This document shows, one piece after another, positions 1 through 11,198 of a stretch of DNA of 64,000 nt. Source of the DNA: a virus; the IMG/VR virus record IMGVR_UViG_3300027770_000039, positions 32,001 through 96,000 of that record; one strand, 5' to 3'. Under the pieces are notes generated by a model that was not told where the DNA came from, did no database searches, and saw nothing but the letters and a program-made list of their open reading frames with translations. A program made the position numbers and the translations under genes. Each line of letters opens with the position of its first letter. Position 1 is the stretch's first letter.

Positions 1-2920
1 CCAATGATACGGTTTTAGTTGTTGGAAGGATTGAATTAACTGTGGTTCCAGAGGAAGAGCTTACGTCTACTGCCGTAATAATAAATCCGTTAATGTATGC
101 ATTAATATAAACCTTGCTACCAGAAACTTTTACTCTAACGTCGACATTGTATTGAGTTCCACCAAATACTCCCTCAAAAGTTGTAGTAGATGTTTTTTGT
201 GAATCAGCTAAGGTTTTTATTGAAGACCCGTCTGCCTTTATAATTCTAACTGATTTAGTCTCTTTTGAAACAGCAGACTTCGTGGTTTCTAAAATAACAT
301 AATACCCAGTTTTTCCTGTATAGTTTACAAAAAATCCCAAACCTGCGGAAACACCTTTTGTGTTAATATCTGTGTCTAAGAATATACTTGTACCAAAAGC
401 ATAATATTTTTCTGATAATAAAGGTGAGGGCAAGCCGTATGTTGGAAGAGATGAGTTTGTTGTTGATGTAGACAAAGACATTCCTTCAAAATTTCTATAA
501 GCAATGTTATATTGATTTTTTGATGTATTTGGATTCGACATCTTGAAATAAGATTTACCTGGATATATTTTTGTTGCAGAAACTGGATTTGAAGAAATAG
601 TTGCTGCATTCGTAATGCTAGATAATGTAAACTTTCCACTTCTCATTACTTTACCTGAAGAAGATCCAGACTTTGGGGTTACTTCAAAAAGGTATTTTCC
701 CAAACTTAAATTAGATATTGTAAATGGAGGATTACCAGTTGCCGCAGGCATATTTACTACCTCTTCAAAAATTTCGCTAAAAACACTTCCTCCATCTGAT
801 TTCAAAGCTTTTATAACGTACGAAGTTGGCACTGTTGTGGGAACTACAAAATCAATAGACACACTACTAGATGTAAGTTGTGTAACCCTTAAGTCATAAA
901 ATAGATCCCAGTTTGTAGTAGTTCCAGTTGATGTAGACTTTTGGGACGGATCAAATGTAACGTTTCTTAATTCCCAATTTCCTAGATTATTGTTTGCGGC
1001 ATCATGTTTAACTGCCACGGTTCCCAGGGCACCTCTTTTTTTAATTCTGTATCTTCCGCTTGGTTTAAAGTATGCGCTAGAAGAAGGATTATTTACATCT
1101 GAGTAACCAGCTTTACACAAAGATCTGTATTTATTTATATCTGCTGCGGACTCTACGTTTACTTTTCCAGTGCTTCCATCTAGAAATACGCAATCATATT
1201 CCATTGCATCATACTCAATAATTTCTGAATCTATAAGAACATACCCAGAAAAATTATAAAAAGATTGTTGCTCTGCATATACGTCTGTTGTTTGAGAATC
1301 AATAGTCAAGTAGGTATTTTCCAAAGCGCTAATATCTTGAGATAATCCTCCTGCACTTAATAATGTAGTAGGAGCGTTCCAAAGAGATCCAGAAGTACCT
1401 ATATAATCTGAAGTCATCTGTGTTTCCCACAAAACTTTTACGTAGTTTGCTCCAACTATATCTTTTTTATTAAATTTAATAATGTTTGGAAGAGTGGTTC
1501 CATCTGTTTCGTTGTAAAATGTCCAGGATATTGGTCTTGCTGTGTCATAGATATAATCTCTGCTGTAAAATTGCAGGATATTGTTTTCATCAAAAAATGC
1601 ATTCATCTGAATATCTCTGCATAGCTCTTGAATTGCTTCCCAAACTGTTTTTGAATCATCTGTCCACCAATAATTTACTTGAGGAATTGATTTTTCACTT
1701 GTTTCATTCAAATTAAATCTGTAGCTAGCAAAACCTATTGAGTCTAGAAGTCTTCTAATAATTGCAGTTACAGGATAGAATTCACACACAATATCTGGGC
1801 ATACGGTTTCCATTAAATACTTAGAGCCATCTAAAGAAAATATTGCTGCGCTTCCATACTCATCTATGTTAAAATCATTAATGTAATAAAATCCTTGGGA
1901 GACTTTGTCGTAAGAACCAGAAACGGTTGTTGCGTTGCTATGGTAGACATTAAAGAATGGGCGCAGCTCAGCATTTTTTACTAAGTACAACAATGAGCTA
2001 TCAAACTCAACAGAATCTCTAACATAAGAAACTATCTGAGATGTTACCTGATTATACTTAGCAATATTTGCTGACATGCTGTTTGCGGTAACAAATCCTA
2101 CTGGGAGTACGTCCGTGGAAGAAGATGAAGATTCTTTGCTAATATCAAAGTCTACTAAATCTGAAGATATATCCTTTACCCATCTTGCTGACAATTCAAT
2201 TACACCAATCATTCCTCCAAGATTTGAATTTGTTGCAGTAAGCTTAATTGATTTAATTGAAATTGGATTTGAGTAAGTTATTGGTTCTGTCAAAGCCGTG
2301 TTTACCCAAGAAGTTCCATTATAGTTTAATACAATATTTCCGTCTGTCGGTGTAGTAAATGGCCCAACTGACTGAGTTGTGTTGTCGGACTTAGTAATTA
2401 ATAAGGAGTAGTTAGTGGGAAGAAAATGATTTTTTTCAAATCTAATTACAATTTTATTTGATAAAGCATTTTTGTTTCCTTCAATAACCGTGTCTTGCTT
2501 ATACTTTACAGTTAGATCAATGTTAGTATTTTTTGCTCCTAGCCAATATTTATACTCAGTTTTTTCTCCAGGAATATATATTCTTGGCTGAGTTGAGGGA
2601 TACTGAACTGTTCTATACTTTGAAAAACTATTCGCTGGAGTATCTACAGATGAGAAAACATAATACTTTATACCTGACTCTAATGGTCTAAATGGCTTTA
2701 TTATAGAATCTACGGGAAACAATTTTTTATAAGGGTTTGGTTTTCCTGAAGGCCAATCAGAAATTTGAGAAGTATATGAAGAATCTGCCGTTGCTGAAGA
2801 AACAGTTATTCCATCAATCATAGAATTCATGTTGTACTCTATTACTAAACCAGCATCTGAAGTTACTGATTTTTGTTGCTTAAATAAATTAAGCAAATTA
2901 GTTTTACTTGAATCTATCAT
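1..2920 (-). CDS. Large minor tail / baseplate-hub-type protein, 3'-truncated by the window edge
   Basis: ATG at 2920 overlaps the stop of the upstream gene. The frame reads MIDSSKTNLLNLFKQQKSV... and is still open at position 2. It is absent from the ORF track, consistent with having no stop in the window. It lies downstream of the tape measure and distal tail genes. Confidence 0.7.
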   Translation of the reverse strand, partial: MIDSSKTNLLNLFKQQKSVTSDAGLVIEYNMNSMIDGITVSSATADSSYTSQISDWPSGKPNPYKKLFPVDSIIKPFRPLESGIKYYVFSSVDTPANSFSKYRTVQYPSTQPRIYIPGEKTEYKYWLGAKNTNIDLTVKYKQDTVIEGNKNALSNKIVIRFEKNHFLPTNYSLLITKSDNTTQSVGPFTTPTDGNIVLNYNGTSWVNTALTEPITYSNPISIKSIKLTATNSNLGGMIGVIELSARWVKDISSDLVDFDISKESSSSSTDVLPVGFVTANSMSANIAKYNQVTSQIVSYVRDSVEFDSSLLYLVKNAELRPFFNVYHSNATTVSGSYDKVSQGFYYINDFNIDEYGSAAIFSLDGSKYLMETVCPDIVCEFYPVTAIIRRLLDSIGFASYRFNLNETSEKSIPQVNYWWTDDSKTVWEAIQELCRDIQMNAFFDENNILQFYSRDYIYDTARPISWTFYNETDGTTLPNIIKFNKKDIVGANYVKVLWETQMTSDYIGTSGSLWNAPTTLLSAGGLSQDISALENTYLTIDSQTTDVYAEQQSFYNFSGYVLIDSEIIEYDAMEYDCVFLDGSTGKVNVESAADINKYRSLCKAGYSDVNNPSSSAYFKPSGRYRIKKRGALGTVAVKHDAANNNLGNWELRNVTFDPSQKSTSTGTTTNWDLFYDLRVTQLTSSSVSIDFVVPTTVPTSYVIKALKSDGGSVFSEIFEEVVNMPAATGNPPFTISNLSLGKYLFEVTPKSGSSSGKVMRSGKFTLSSITNAATISSNPVSATKIYPGKSYFKMSNPNTSKNQYNIAYRNFEGMSLSTSTTNSSLPTYGLPSPLLSEKYYAFGTSIFLDTDINTKGVSAGLGFFVNYTGKTGYYVILETTKSAVSKETKSVRIIKADGSSIKTLADSQKTSTTTFEGVFGGTQYNVDVRVKVSGSKVYINAYINGFIITAVDVSSSSGTTVNSILPTTKTVSL

Positions 2921-3378
2921 TATACCTGTTCCATTGTAAGAGATACGTTCCAAAATTCTTGAGGAGAATCTGTTGAATTTTCTTTTACGTTTCTTTTTAC
3001 TATTTCAAAAGAACATGAAGTAAACATCATTTCCATTGTTTTTGTAGTTCCACCATACACAATAGATAAATCAAAGGTAGCTCTACCAGATAAAGATCCA
3101 GAAGCCTTTGAAGCAGTTCCGTCATAAAAAGACTTTATGTCTACCGCTCCGTATCCTCCGTCTACAGTCATTGTTGAATGAGAAGGAAGCATGGACCAGG
3201 AAACATTTATGCTTTCTTTTTCTGAAACAAAGAATTTACGCATTGTTCCATTTGCCATTCTTTGAGTTTTTTCAATTCTTATTTTGTTCAAAGATACAGG
3301 TTGTCTATTATGCTCAGATAAATTTATTGTTGAGTTAAGTTTTAGTAAAGATCCAACTGGCAATACCATTGCTGTCAT
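2920..3378 (-). CDS. Distal tail (Dit-like) minor tail protein
   Basis: 152 aa directly after the tape measure gene; RMANGTMRK motif typical of this position in siphovirus tails. Confidence 0.6.
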   Translation of the reverse strand: MTAMVLPVGSLLKLNSTINLSEHNRQPVSLNKIRIEKTQRMANGTMRKFFVSEKESINVSWSMLPSHSTMTVDGGYGAVDIKSFYDGTASKASGSLSGRATFDLSIVYGGTTKTMEMMFTSCSFEIVKRNVKENSTDSPQEFWNVSLTMEQV

Positions 3379-6300
3379 TATATTGACCTCCCCCCTGCTA
3401 ATACTTTAATTCCTTTTTGTCTTGCCATTTCTTCAATTTGTGCAAAAAATTCTTTAGGATTATTTGGTGATTGTGCAAAATGAATTGGCATTGATTGAAT
3501 AATAACTGAAGAGGATGAGGAAGATTTAGATGAGTACACATTTCCTCCGTTATTATATCTAGGAACTGAATTTATAACTGGTCCTCCTGAATTCATCATT
3601 TTAACTAAACCGCCAGTTGCCATTTTTGGCTTTGATCCAGATGCCATGTTTGCATATGGCGAGGCAAAGCCCATAAAAGCTTTACCTAACCCTGTTTTAA
3701 TTTTTCCTAAAATAGAAGTATCTGTTTTTTTATTAGTTGAATCCTCTACAATTTTTGCAGCAGTAATATAAACACTTTCAGCTTTAATATCTTTAAGAGA
3801 CTCTGCGTATTTATCTGATATCTCTCTGGCTATTTCAGTTGTAGTTTTTGGTCTTCCTCTATCGGTAGGACTTGGCATATCGAATCCAGGTATTTTTTTA
3901 GCAGCATCTACTAGTTGAGCACCAGGAAGCGAAGTTCCTTTAGATTTATTTTTTGGATCCATATCGTATAAAAAGAAATTTGAAAGCGCTGTTTGCCATT
4001 CAGACATTTTTAATTTTGTTGCATCAATTTCTTTATCAAATCTTCCTAAATTATTTCCAGCAAGAGAAGCGCTATCAGCAATTTTTTGGTTAGAGTCACT
4101 TATTCTTTTCTTTTGTTCCTCCAGAACCTTAATATCGGCAGACTCTTTGCTGTCAATAGCAGACACTGCAACGTCTGTTTGTTTTTCTTTATTAAGAGAC
4201 TTTATGTCAAGCTGAGCCATTGCTGCTTTAGACATGTCTCCAGCGGCTAATGCATCTTGATATTCTAATTGCTTTTTCTTTATTGCCGTTAGGAAGTTTT
4301 CATCCTTTTGTTGATTAGATAAAGCTTTTCTTCTAGCATCTGCTTCTTCTTTAATTTTTCTAATTTTTTCATCAATAGCTTCAATTGCTTTTCTTGAATC
4401 AATTTGAGCTTTTGCGCTTTGTCCTTTAGACGAAGCCGCTGCTTGCGCTTTTCTTTTTTCTAATTCTATAAGACTATTATTAAGTTCAAATAAAGCTCCA
4501 CCTTGAGCAATTGAATCTTTAGCAACATCTTCGGAAATCATTGCTCTTAAAGTAAATAGTGCATTTGTTGCCGCTGCACCTTTATTTAAATCTCCTGTAT
4601 AACCTTGAGCTTGTAATCTTATTTTTTGCCACATGCTAAGACCTGTGTCCTGCAATGAAAGAAATTTTTCTGCTTCTTTATTTTGGCTTATTGCATCTTT
4701 TAATATATCCGAAGTAATGCCTTTTCTAAATTTAACATTTTGAGATATGCTGTCAGATACTATTTTTTCAGCCTGAATCAAGGATAGTTTGTTCTTGCTG
4801 TTTGATATTGATTCTTCTACTGCTGCGTTTGCAGCAGCAAATGCAGTTGTTAATGCATTTCTTTGGCTTGCAAGATCTTCTGAACCAAAAACTTCATTTA
4901 AAACTTTAAAGGCTTCTGTTGCTGCGGTTGCTGCATCTTTAATTTCATTAAAATAAGAATTTCCAACAGTGCTAGATCCTGCCAAAGCAAATTTTTCAGA
5001 CATTGCAAAAGCAGCATATATTTTTTTAGTAGCTTCTTCTGCTGCCATACCGCCTGCAATCATTTGGGTTTTTAATCTTTCTGCATAATCTTTGAGGTCT
5101 GATTCTTTCATTTTATTAATTGCTGCAATGGAATCAGACATGCTGCTTTTAACTTCTTCTTTTAATTTTCTGTATTCTTCAATAGTCATTTTTATTGGAA
5201 TACCAGCAGAGTTCATACTGTCATAAAGCATTTGATTTCTTTCAATAGTATCTTTTAGAATAGACATAGAATCTTTTAATGAGGTTTTATATTCTGTTAT
5301 ATTTAGTCCAGCTTTTTTAGCTGCATCTCCAGTCAAGCCATAAGATAAAGCATTTAATCTTAGATTTTCTTGGTGAACTTTATAAGCCTTGTAAGATGCC
5401 ATTACTACTGTTGTTCCTACTGCTAGAGCTAGGTTTGTTTTAGTCAACCCTCCAACAAGACCCATAAGTACTCTAGAAACTTTAGACCCTTGTGCTGCTG
5501 AATTTGCTAGAGACAATGCATATTTATTATTTGCTCTATACGCTTTATCTAATTTACCTGCATATTTTTCGTATGCTTCATCGGATCCTGGCGCCATCTT
5601 TGATCTGGCTGCTCCCGCTCCGCCCATAAGCATTCCTGGAAGCATAAATCCAGCCATGCTTCCCATCATTCCACCAGCATCACCACCTATGTTCTGGCCC
5701 ATGCCTCCAAGCATTTGAGATCCAACCATTCCAAGTGCCATTTGTGCAATCATTCCACCAGCGTTATATCCTCTAGGAGAAGCCTGCAAGCCACCGACCA
5801 TGCCACCCCTGTTGTATCCCATTTTCCATTTTCTAGTCAGTGCTATTGAGTTTGCGTCTGGTGCTATGTACCTTGGATTTGCCCATCCTTGTGCTAATTT
5901 TTTTAATGGCATTCCTAAAAATGCTTTTCTTCCATGTGAATTTACTGAATAATTATTTGGATTTATTCCCCTTACGGCAGGATTAAATTTCATACCACCA
6001 AATGGAAGTCCTGCTGCAACGTGTCCTCTTTCTGCACCAAACACTGATTTTATTGTTTTGCCAACTCCAAAAGATGGAGATTGTTGTCTTTGTGACTCTG
6101 GGTAAAGATCCTGCATTTTTTCATAATGTGGCTTTGCCATTGATTGAGGTATTCCGCCACCAGTTGAAATAAATGGTTGTGGTACTTTTTGTCCATCAAA
6201 GCCAACATTTTTAACACTGCCTTTTTTGACACCTTTATTTTTTTCATTTCTTTGGAATCCTAATGACATTATTTCTTCTAAGAAAGAAACTGGTCTTCCT

Positions 6301-9300
6301 TTTGCTGGGCTAAATCTTTTTACTTTGTTAATATGCTTGTGAATAATTCCTGAAACTATTTGATCGTATTGTTTTGGTGTTATATTTCCCGCTGACGTCA
6401 GTGCGGTTCTTATTTCTTTTTCCATAGGGTTTATGGCAAATTGTAAACTCTTTTTATCATAACCTAGCTGTGTTCCAATTTCATACAAAAGACCACCTGG
6501 GTGCATACCTTTTTTACGCATTTGCATAAAGTCATCTGCAAACATTTTTCCAGGTATTGTATCTCCTGGCGGAAGTCCTAGGCTAGCTCTTCTTCCATCT
6601 TGATCTGGGTGTGCAAGAATAGCATTCATCTTGCTTCCTTGCCAAAGCATTGTTGCTGGCAGGAATTGTCCTCCTGCATTTAATTTGTTACCACCAACTC
6701 CTGGACCGTTTATAGCGTACAATGTTTTTATATTATTTTGTGCTGTGTAAGGATCAATTACTGCTTCTCCAGGAGTAAGAACTACTGGAACTTCTCCGCC
6801 CTTATTCATTCCCATCATTGGCCCAAGAATATCCATATTTTCCGCTGTTGCCTGCTTGTTTACAACAAACGCTCCTTCTGGAAGAGTAGTTTGATAAGTG
6901 TCAGTGTTTCCAGTTCCAGGAACAATTCCACCAGTATTCATTTTAGGAATAGTTGTTTCATTAGAATAGCCTGCTCCGTAAGTCCTAACTCCAAGAGCTC
7001 TGGCAATTTTATCAATTATTTGAGCAGAAGGTCTCTTTGCTCTAAAAATTTCTTTAATATTGGCTTTACCTTTAGGGCTGACAACTGGTTGATTTATCAA
7101 AGGAACTTGTGTTAAGTTTGCAGTTTTACCCATACTAGCAGCCATCTGAGAAGTTGTTTGAGACATTAACATTTCTAGCTCAGCATTAATAGCAATTATT
7201 TTTGCACGAGCAGCGTCAAGATTAATTTTTCCTGCTTTTAATTGAGCTACTACTGCTGCTGATTGGCTTGCAGCATTTGTTGTTAACTGAGTCATTGCTG
7301 GAAGTAACTGTCCAAATGTTTTATTTATATCTGCACTAAATGTACCAGTTGTAGCAATTTCTTTCTTTAAATCAGCAACCTCTCTTTTTGACATCATAGA
7401 TAAGGTTCCCATTAATGCGTGCCACTTAGCCGCTTCTCCAGCAACTATTCCAGTTGATACTCCTCTTGATGTAGTTAATCCTTCGTACTCTGGTAAATTA
7501 CCTGTTGAAAATATTTGAGGAACAGCTCCTATTTTTTGATTTACAGGAATTGGTTGTGGGGTAAATGAGTGAATTGTTTGACTATTTTTTTGATCTTTGT
7601 TCATCGCAGAAACTGGGTTATGATGTGCTGCGGCTCTTGTTCCAATTGCTCCGATGTAAGGGCTATTAGGATTTACTGATCTTCCTCCTGCGGCAATAAC
7701 AGAATTTCCTGCCATTGTTGATACGCCTGGATTTGTAGCTATAATTGCACTATTGGCATCTGTTGCAAGTTTATTGTAAGAAGCGGAAAGTCTAGTTATA
7801 GATTGTTGAAGAATGTCTGCTGCTTTTGCATCACTGTAGAAGGTGGCTTCTACTAAGGCTCCTGCTTTATTTGCAGCAAGGATGTCTGGTGTGAGAAGTT
7901 TCCATCCAGCACCACCTTTAAATAACGCTCTAAACTGAGAAGCTCCTTTTATTATGTATCCAAAGAAGTTTGCAAGTACACCAGTTAACATAATCAGAGG
8001 TCCTGCAACTGCTGTCAGTCCTCCAAAGAAGGCCAATAATGATTTTAATGGAGCAGGTAGTTTATCTATAAACTTTAAAATTCCACTGACAATATTTATC
8101 AAATGAGTATTAATTGTTAAGAACTGTTCTCCTACGCCAGCAAGCTCTGCTTTAAGTGATTCTAAAGCTCTCTTGTATTTTCCAGAAGCAGATTCTGTAA
8201 CCATTGCTAATTCTCGTCCAGCAATGTTAGCTAGATCTTGAGAGCTTGCTTTCATTAAATCCATTACCTCTAAAGTTTGACTTCCTTGTTTTCCTAAATT
8301 TTCAAACAAAGCACTAATTCTTGCAAACTGGAATTTTCCAAACAGCTGCTCAATTGCTTGAGATTTTTGTAAAGGGTTTAGATTATCTAATCCTGCCTGT
8401 AAATCCAAAAGCGTAGCAGTAACATTTCCAGCGTTATCATTTACAATTGCTTTTAAGTTAATTCCAAAATCTGCAAATTTAGCAATAGCTACATCTGTTG
8501 GGTTAATTAAAGAAGCTAGTGCAGACTTAAGAGCATTTGCTCCTTCTGTTGCATTAATTCCGCCTTCTCTCATTGCTGTTAAATACAAAGCAAGATCTTG
8601 AACACTTCCTCCTAGACCTTTTATTACTGGTCCCGCTTTAGGGATTGCTTCTACTAAATCTGCAAGAGTTGTTGATGTCTGGTTTTCAACTGCGTTTAAA
8701 AAGTTAATTGATTCTGCTAACTCACCTGTATTTTGTTTAAAAGCTGATTGAATAGCAAGTGTGGCTTTCATTGCATCTTGTCTGTCAACTTCACCAAGTA
8801 CTGCAAGACGAGTTGTTTCTTTAATAGATCCTAGAAGTTCGTCTCCTTCTTTTCCAGTTGCAGCAATATCCGCTGCAAGACCTAAAGTTTCTTTAAATGA
8901 TGCTCCATATCCTTTTGCTAACTCTGCTGCTGTTGCTGAAACATCTGCTCTTATTTTTGCTAACTCTAAAGAAGATTTAGCAGTTAGTCCTCCATAAACT
9001 TTAGTTAATCTGGTTAACTCTTGATCTGCATTTCTAAATGCATCTGCTGAAGCCTTGCCAAATGCTGCAAGGGGTATAGTTAAACCTACTGTTAACTGAC
9101 GTCCTGCCCACTGAGTGTTCTTACCCCAGTTAATTAAAGAGTTGGCTCCTTCTTGAATTACTCTGTTCATGATTTGCAACTCTTGTCTTGCTAAAGCTGT
9201 TCTGTTTTTTACTTTGTCTAATCCAGTTGGAATATGAACATTGTATTGCATTAATCCTTCAGAGTTTTTACCTAGTGGTTGCAATATAGCATTCTGTAAC

Positions 9301-9650
9301 TGCACTTGTTGAGCAGCTAATTGTCTTACAATTCCGCTATTTGTTTTTACATGACCTTGATATACTTGAAAGAATTGTCTTAATTTTATTTGACCTTTAT
9401 CTAATTGAGATCCAAATTTCTCTACATCAGATTGAAGGTTTACGAAGTGGGTAGAAAATTGCCCAGTGCTTCTCATTGTTTCTGCAAAGGAACGGTTCAT
9501 TACCGCTGCTTGCGCTGAGAGGTTTTTGTTTGTTGCGTTTAGCTTTGTCTGTAAATTAGTTAAGGCTGAAGAAACCTTATTTAAGTCTACGATAAGGTTT
9601 GAAAAGTCTGCCGTAGCGACTATTCTGGTTACTATCTGATCTTCAGCCAT
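3378..9650 (-). CDS. Tail tape measure protein
   Basis: 2090 aa, Ala/Gly/Leu-rich and helical, with a TP901-like core and hydrophobic segments; follows the tail assembly chaperones. Confidence 0.95.
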   Translation of the reverse strand: MAEDQIVTRIVATADFSNLIVDLNKVSSALTNLQTKLNATNKNLSAQAAVMNRSFAETMRSTGQFSTHFVNLQSDVEKFGSQLDKGQIKLRQFFQVYQGHVKTNSGIVRQLAAQQVQLQNAILQPLGKNSEGLMQYNVHIPTGLDKVKNRTALARQELQIMNRVIQEGANSLINWGKNTQWAGRQLTVGLTIPLAAFGKASADAFRNADQELTRLTKVYGGLTAKSSLELAKIRADVSATAAELAKGYGASFKETLGLAADIAATGKEGDELLGSIKETTRLAVLGEVDRQDAMKATLAIQSAFKQNTGELAESINFLNAVENQTSTTLADLVEAIPKAGPVIKGLGGSVQDLALYLTAMREGGINATEGANALKSALASLINPTDVAIAKFADFGINLKAIVNDNAGNVTATLLDLQAGLDNLNPLQKSQAIEQLFGKFQFARISALFENLGKQGSQTLEVMDLMKASSQDLANIAGRELAMVTESASGKYKRALESLKAELAGVGEQFLTINTHLINIVSGILKFIDKLPAPLKSLLAFFGGLTAVAGPLIMLTGVLANFFGYIIKGASQFRALFKGGAGWKLLTPDILAANKAGALVEATFYSDAKAADILQQSITRLSASYNKLATDANSAIIATNPGVSTMAGNSVIAAGGRSVNPNSPYIGAIGTRAAAHHNPVSAMNKDQKNSQTIHSFTPQPIPVNQKIGAVPQIFSTGNLPEYEGLTTSRGVSTGIVAGEAAKWHALMGTLSMMSKREVADLKKEIATTGTFSADINKTFGQLLPAMTQLTTNAASQSAAVVAQLKAGKINLDAARAKIIAINAELEMLMSQTTSQMAASMGKTANLTQVPLINQPVVSPKGKANIKEIFRAKRPSAQIIDKIARALGVRTYGAGYSNETTIPKMNTGGIVPGTGNTDTYQTTLPEGAFVVNKQATAENMDILGPMMGMNKGGEVPVVLTPGEAVIDPYTAQNNIKTLYAINGPGVGGNKLNAGGQFLPATMLWQGSKMNAILAHPDQDGRRASLGLPPGDTIPGKMFADDFMQMRKKGMHPGGLLYEIGTQLGYDKKSLQFAINPMEKEIRTALTSAGNITPKQYDQIVSGIIHKHINKVKRFSPAKGRPVSFLEEIMSLGFQRNEKNKGVKKGSVKNVGFDGQKVPQPFISTGGGIPQSMAKPHYEKMQDLYPESQRQQSPSFGVGKTIKSVFGAERGHVAAGLPFGGMKFNPAVRGINPNNYSVNSHGRKAFLGMPLKKLAQGWANPRYIAPDANSIALTRKWKMGYNRGGMVGGLQASPRGYNAGGMIAQMALGMVGSQMLGGMGQNIGGDAGGMMGSMAGFMLPGMLMGGAGAARSKMAPGSDEAYEKYAGKLDKAYRANNKYALSLANSAAQGSKVSRVLMGLVGGLTKTNLALAVGTTVVMASYKAYKVHQENLRLNALSYGLTGDAAKKAGLNITEYKTSLKDSMSILKDTIERNQMLYDSMNSAGIPIKMTIEEYRKLKEEVKSSMSDSIAAINKMKESDLKDYAERLKTQMIAGGMAAEEATKKIYAAFAMSEKFALAGSSTVGNSYFNEIKDAATAATEAFKVLNEVFGSEDLASQRNALTTAFAAANAAVEESISNSKNKLSLIQAEKIVSDSISQNVKFRKGITSDILKDAISQNKEAEKFLSLQDTGLSMWQKIRLQAQGYTGDLNKGAAATNALFTLRAMISEDVAKDSIAQGGALFELNNSLIELEKRKAQAAASSKGQSAKAQIDSRKAIEAIDEKIRKIKEEADARRKALSNQQKDENFLTAIKKKQLEYQDALAAGDMSKAAMAQLDIKSLNKEKQTDVAVSAIDSKESADIKVLEEQKKRISDSNQKIADSASLAGNNLGRFDKEIDATKLKMSEWQTALSNFFLYDMDPKNKSKGTSLPGAQLVDAAKKIPGFDMPSPTDRGRPKTTTEIAREISDKYAESLKDIKAESVYITAAKIVEDSTNKKTDTSILGKIKTGLGKAFMGFASPYANMASGSKPKMATGGLVKMMNSGGPVINSVPRYNNGGNVYSSKSSSSSSVIIQSMPIHFAQSPNNPKEFFAQIEEMARQKGIKVLAGGRSI

Positions 9651-9660
9651 CTATATTATT

Positions 9661-10319
9661 TTACACCCTTGAGTATCCTAAGCCTGCGCCAATTCCAAAG
9701 CCTGCTTCATCAGCATAACTTCCTTGTAGTGAGACTACGTCGTCTGCACTTGCCTGTATACCCAGAGCCTTTCTTTTTATATCTTCAAAACTATTGCTTT
9801 CTTCTACGGAGCTTTCGTTTAAGTTAACTCCTTGCAAAGATGCTAAAAACTTTCTTTTTTCATCTTCCGTTTTGTGCATAGATTTAAAGGTTTGAATTAT
9901 TTCTGGCATTGAAAGATTTTCTTCGAGCTCTTCGTAATTTTTCCAATTACCTAAAAGAAAAACTTCCCCTAAGAGAGCGGCTAAATCGAGTTCTGACCAA
10001 CTAGAGCTCGTGCCGCTTCCAGGTTTGGGTCGTCAAGTTTAATTCCTCCGCAAACTTCAAGAATTCGATTAATTGTCGGCATGTCTAGTGCGTCTTCTAA
10101 TTTATCTCTGTCTGCTACTAATTCTGGTACTTGTGACTCAATTGCAATTCCACTTGCTGCAATTAAAATTGAAAGTGTTTCATCTTCATTTGCTGCAGTT
10201 TCTGTCTTTTTAATTTCTGCCATGAATTTTCGCAATGCTTTAATTGTCAATGGTTTTAACTTGACCTTTGCTCCATTTTGAAGTTCAATTTCTTCTACAT
10301 CATATACTGTTGTTGCCAA
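9661..10319 (-). CDS. Tail assembly chaperone G (9981..10319) and -1 frameshift product G-T (to 9661)
   Basis: Slippery heptamer C CCA AAC at 10029-10023. The -1 frame reads PGSGTSSSWSELDLAALLGEVFLLGNWKNYEELEENLS and runs into the ORF at 9909 (MPEIIQ...). Located between the tail tube and tape measure genes. Confidence 0.85.
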
Positions 10320-10375
10320 TTTATCCTCCTTGGATAGTTAAAATTATTATAACATATAGCAAACATAAGGGCAAT

Positions 10376-10404
10376 AAAAAGCCCCCCAAATAATGGGGGG
10401 CTTC
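10376..10404 (-). terminator. Rho-independent terminator after the major tail gene
   Basis: AAGCCCCCCA-loop-TGGGGGGCTT hairpin followed by a T run on the minus strand. Confidence 0.85.
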
Positions 10405-10424
10405 TATTAATTAATTTATATTAA

Positions 10425-11198
10425 TTAGTTCCAAGTACGGTCTATAATTACGCCATACTCTGAACCTGCATCACCTGATGCTCCTGATGGAAGCAAACGG
10501 AATGTTACTGGGAATGTTGATGCTGCGTTACGAGCCAAAGAGAACTGTGACTGTTGTACAGAAAGAACACGACGAGCATAATATACACGCTCTGTTTTTG
10601 ATGTTGCATCGCTTGTTGGAGCTTGTCCAACTGCAATTAGCTGACGCTCAACTGGGGCTGCGCCAAGGGCACCTGCCTCAAGTCCAAGAACTCCACCACT
10701 TAGTGTTGAAGCCTTTTGTCCAAATACCGCAAGAACGTTTTCAAGAGTACCTTCTGCGAATTCTGTTGCAATCATAACCTCCATAGCAGACTTAAACAGC
10801 TTAGCTGTATCAAGTAACTGATCTACAGTCACTGAGTCGTATGTTGGGTTGTAAGTAATTTGCAAACCGTTGTTTGTGTAACCTACGTTACGGTATGCTG
10901 CACCAGTTGTTCCTGGTGTAGTATCGATTGCGTTAAGTGAATCAATGTATGATGAACCTGCAACGTAACCAGTTACTGGGGATCCAGAACCTGCAGCACC
11001 GTTTTTAAATGCTGGTACTAATGTATTACGTGAAGCAGTTCCTGCTACTGCTGCTGTTGGTGTTGCTGTGTTTGAGGTCGCAACTGCTGCTGGGACCATG
11101 CTAGAATTATATCCTGTTGTTGTTGAATCTTCTACTGATAAAAACAGTGGAGATGCACCAACAAGAATATTTCTAGCGTTACCTGTATTTTGTGCCAT
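10425..11198 (-). CDS. Major tail (tube) protein
   Basis: 257 aa; NILVGA and VGYTNNG...DQL motifs typical of actinophage tail tubes; upstream of the chaperones. Confidence 0.85.
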   Translation of the reverse strand: MAQNTGNARNILVGASPLFLSVEDSTTTGYNSSMVPAAVATSNTATPTAAVAGTASRNTLVPAFKNGAAGSGSPVTGYVAGSSYIDSLNAIDTTPGTTGAAYRNVGYTNNGLQITYNPTYDSVTVDQLLDTAKLFKSAMEVMIATEFAEGTLENVLAVFGQKASTLSGGVLGLEAGALGAAPVERQLIAVGQAPTSDATSKTERVYYARRVLSVQQSQFSLARNAASTFPVTFRLLPSGASGDAGSEYGVIIDRTWN

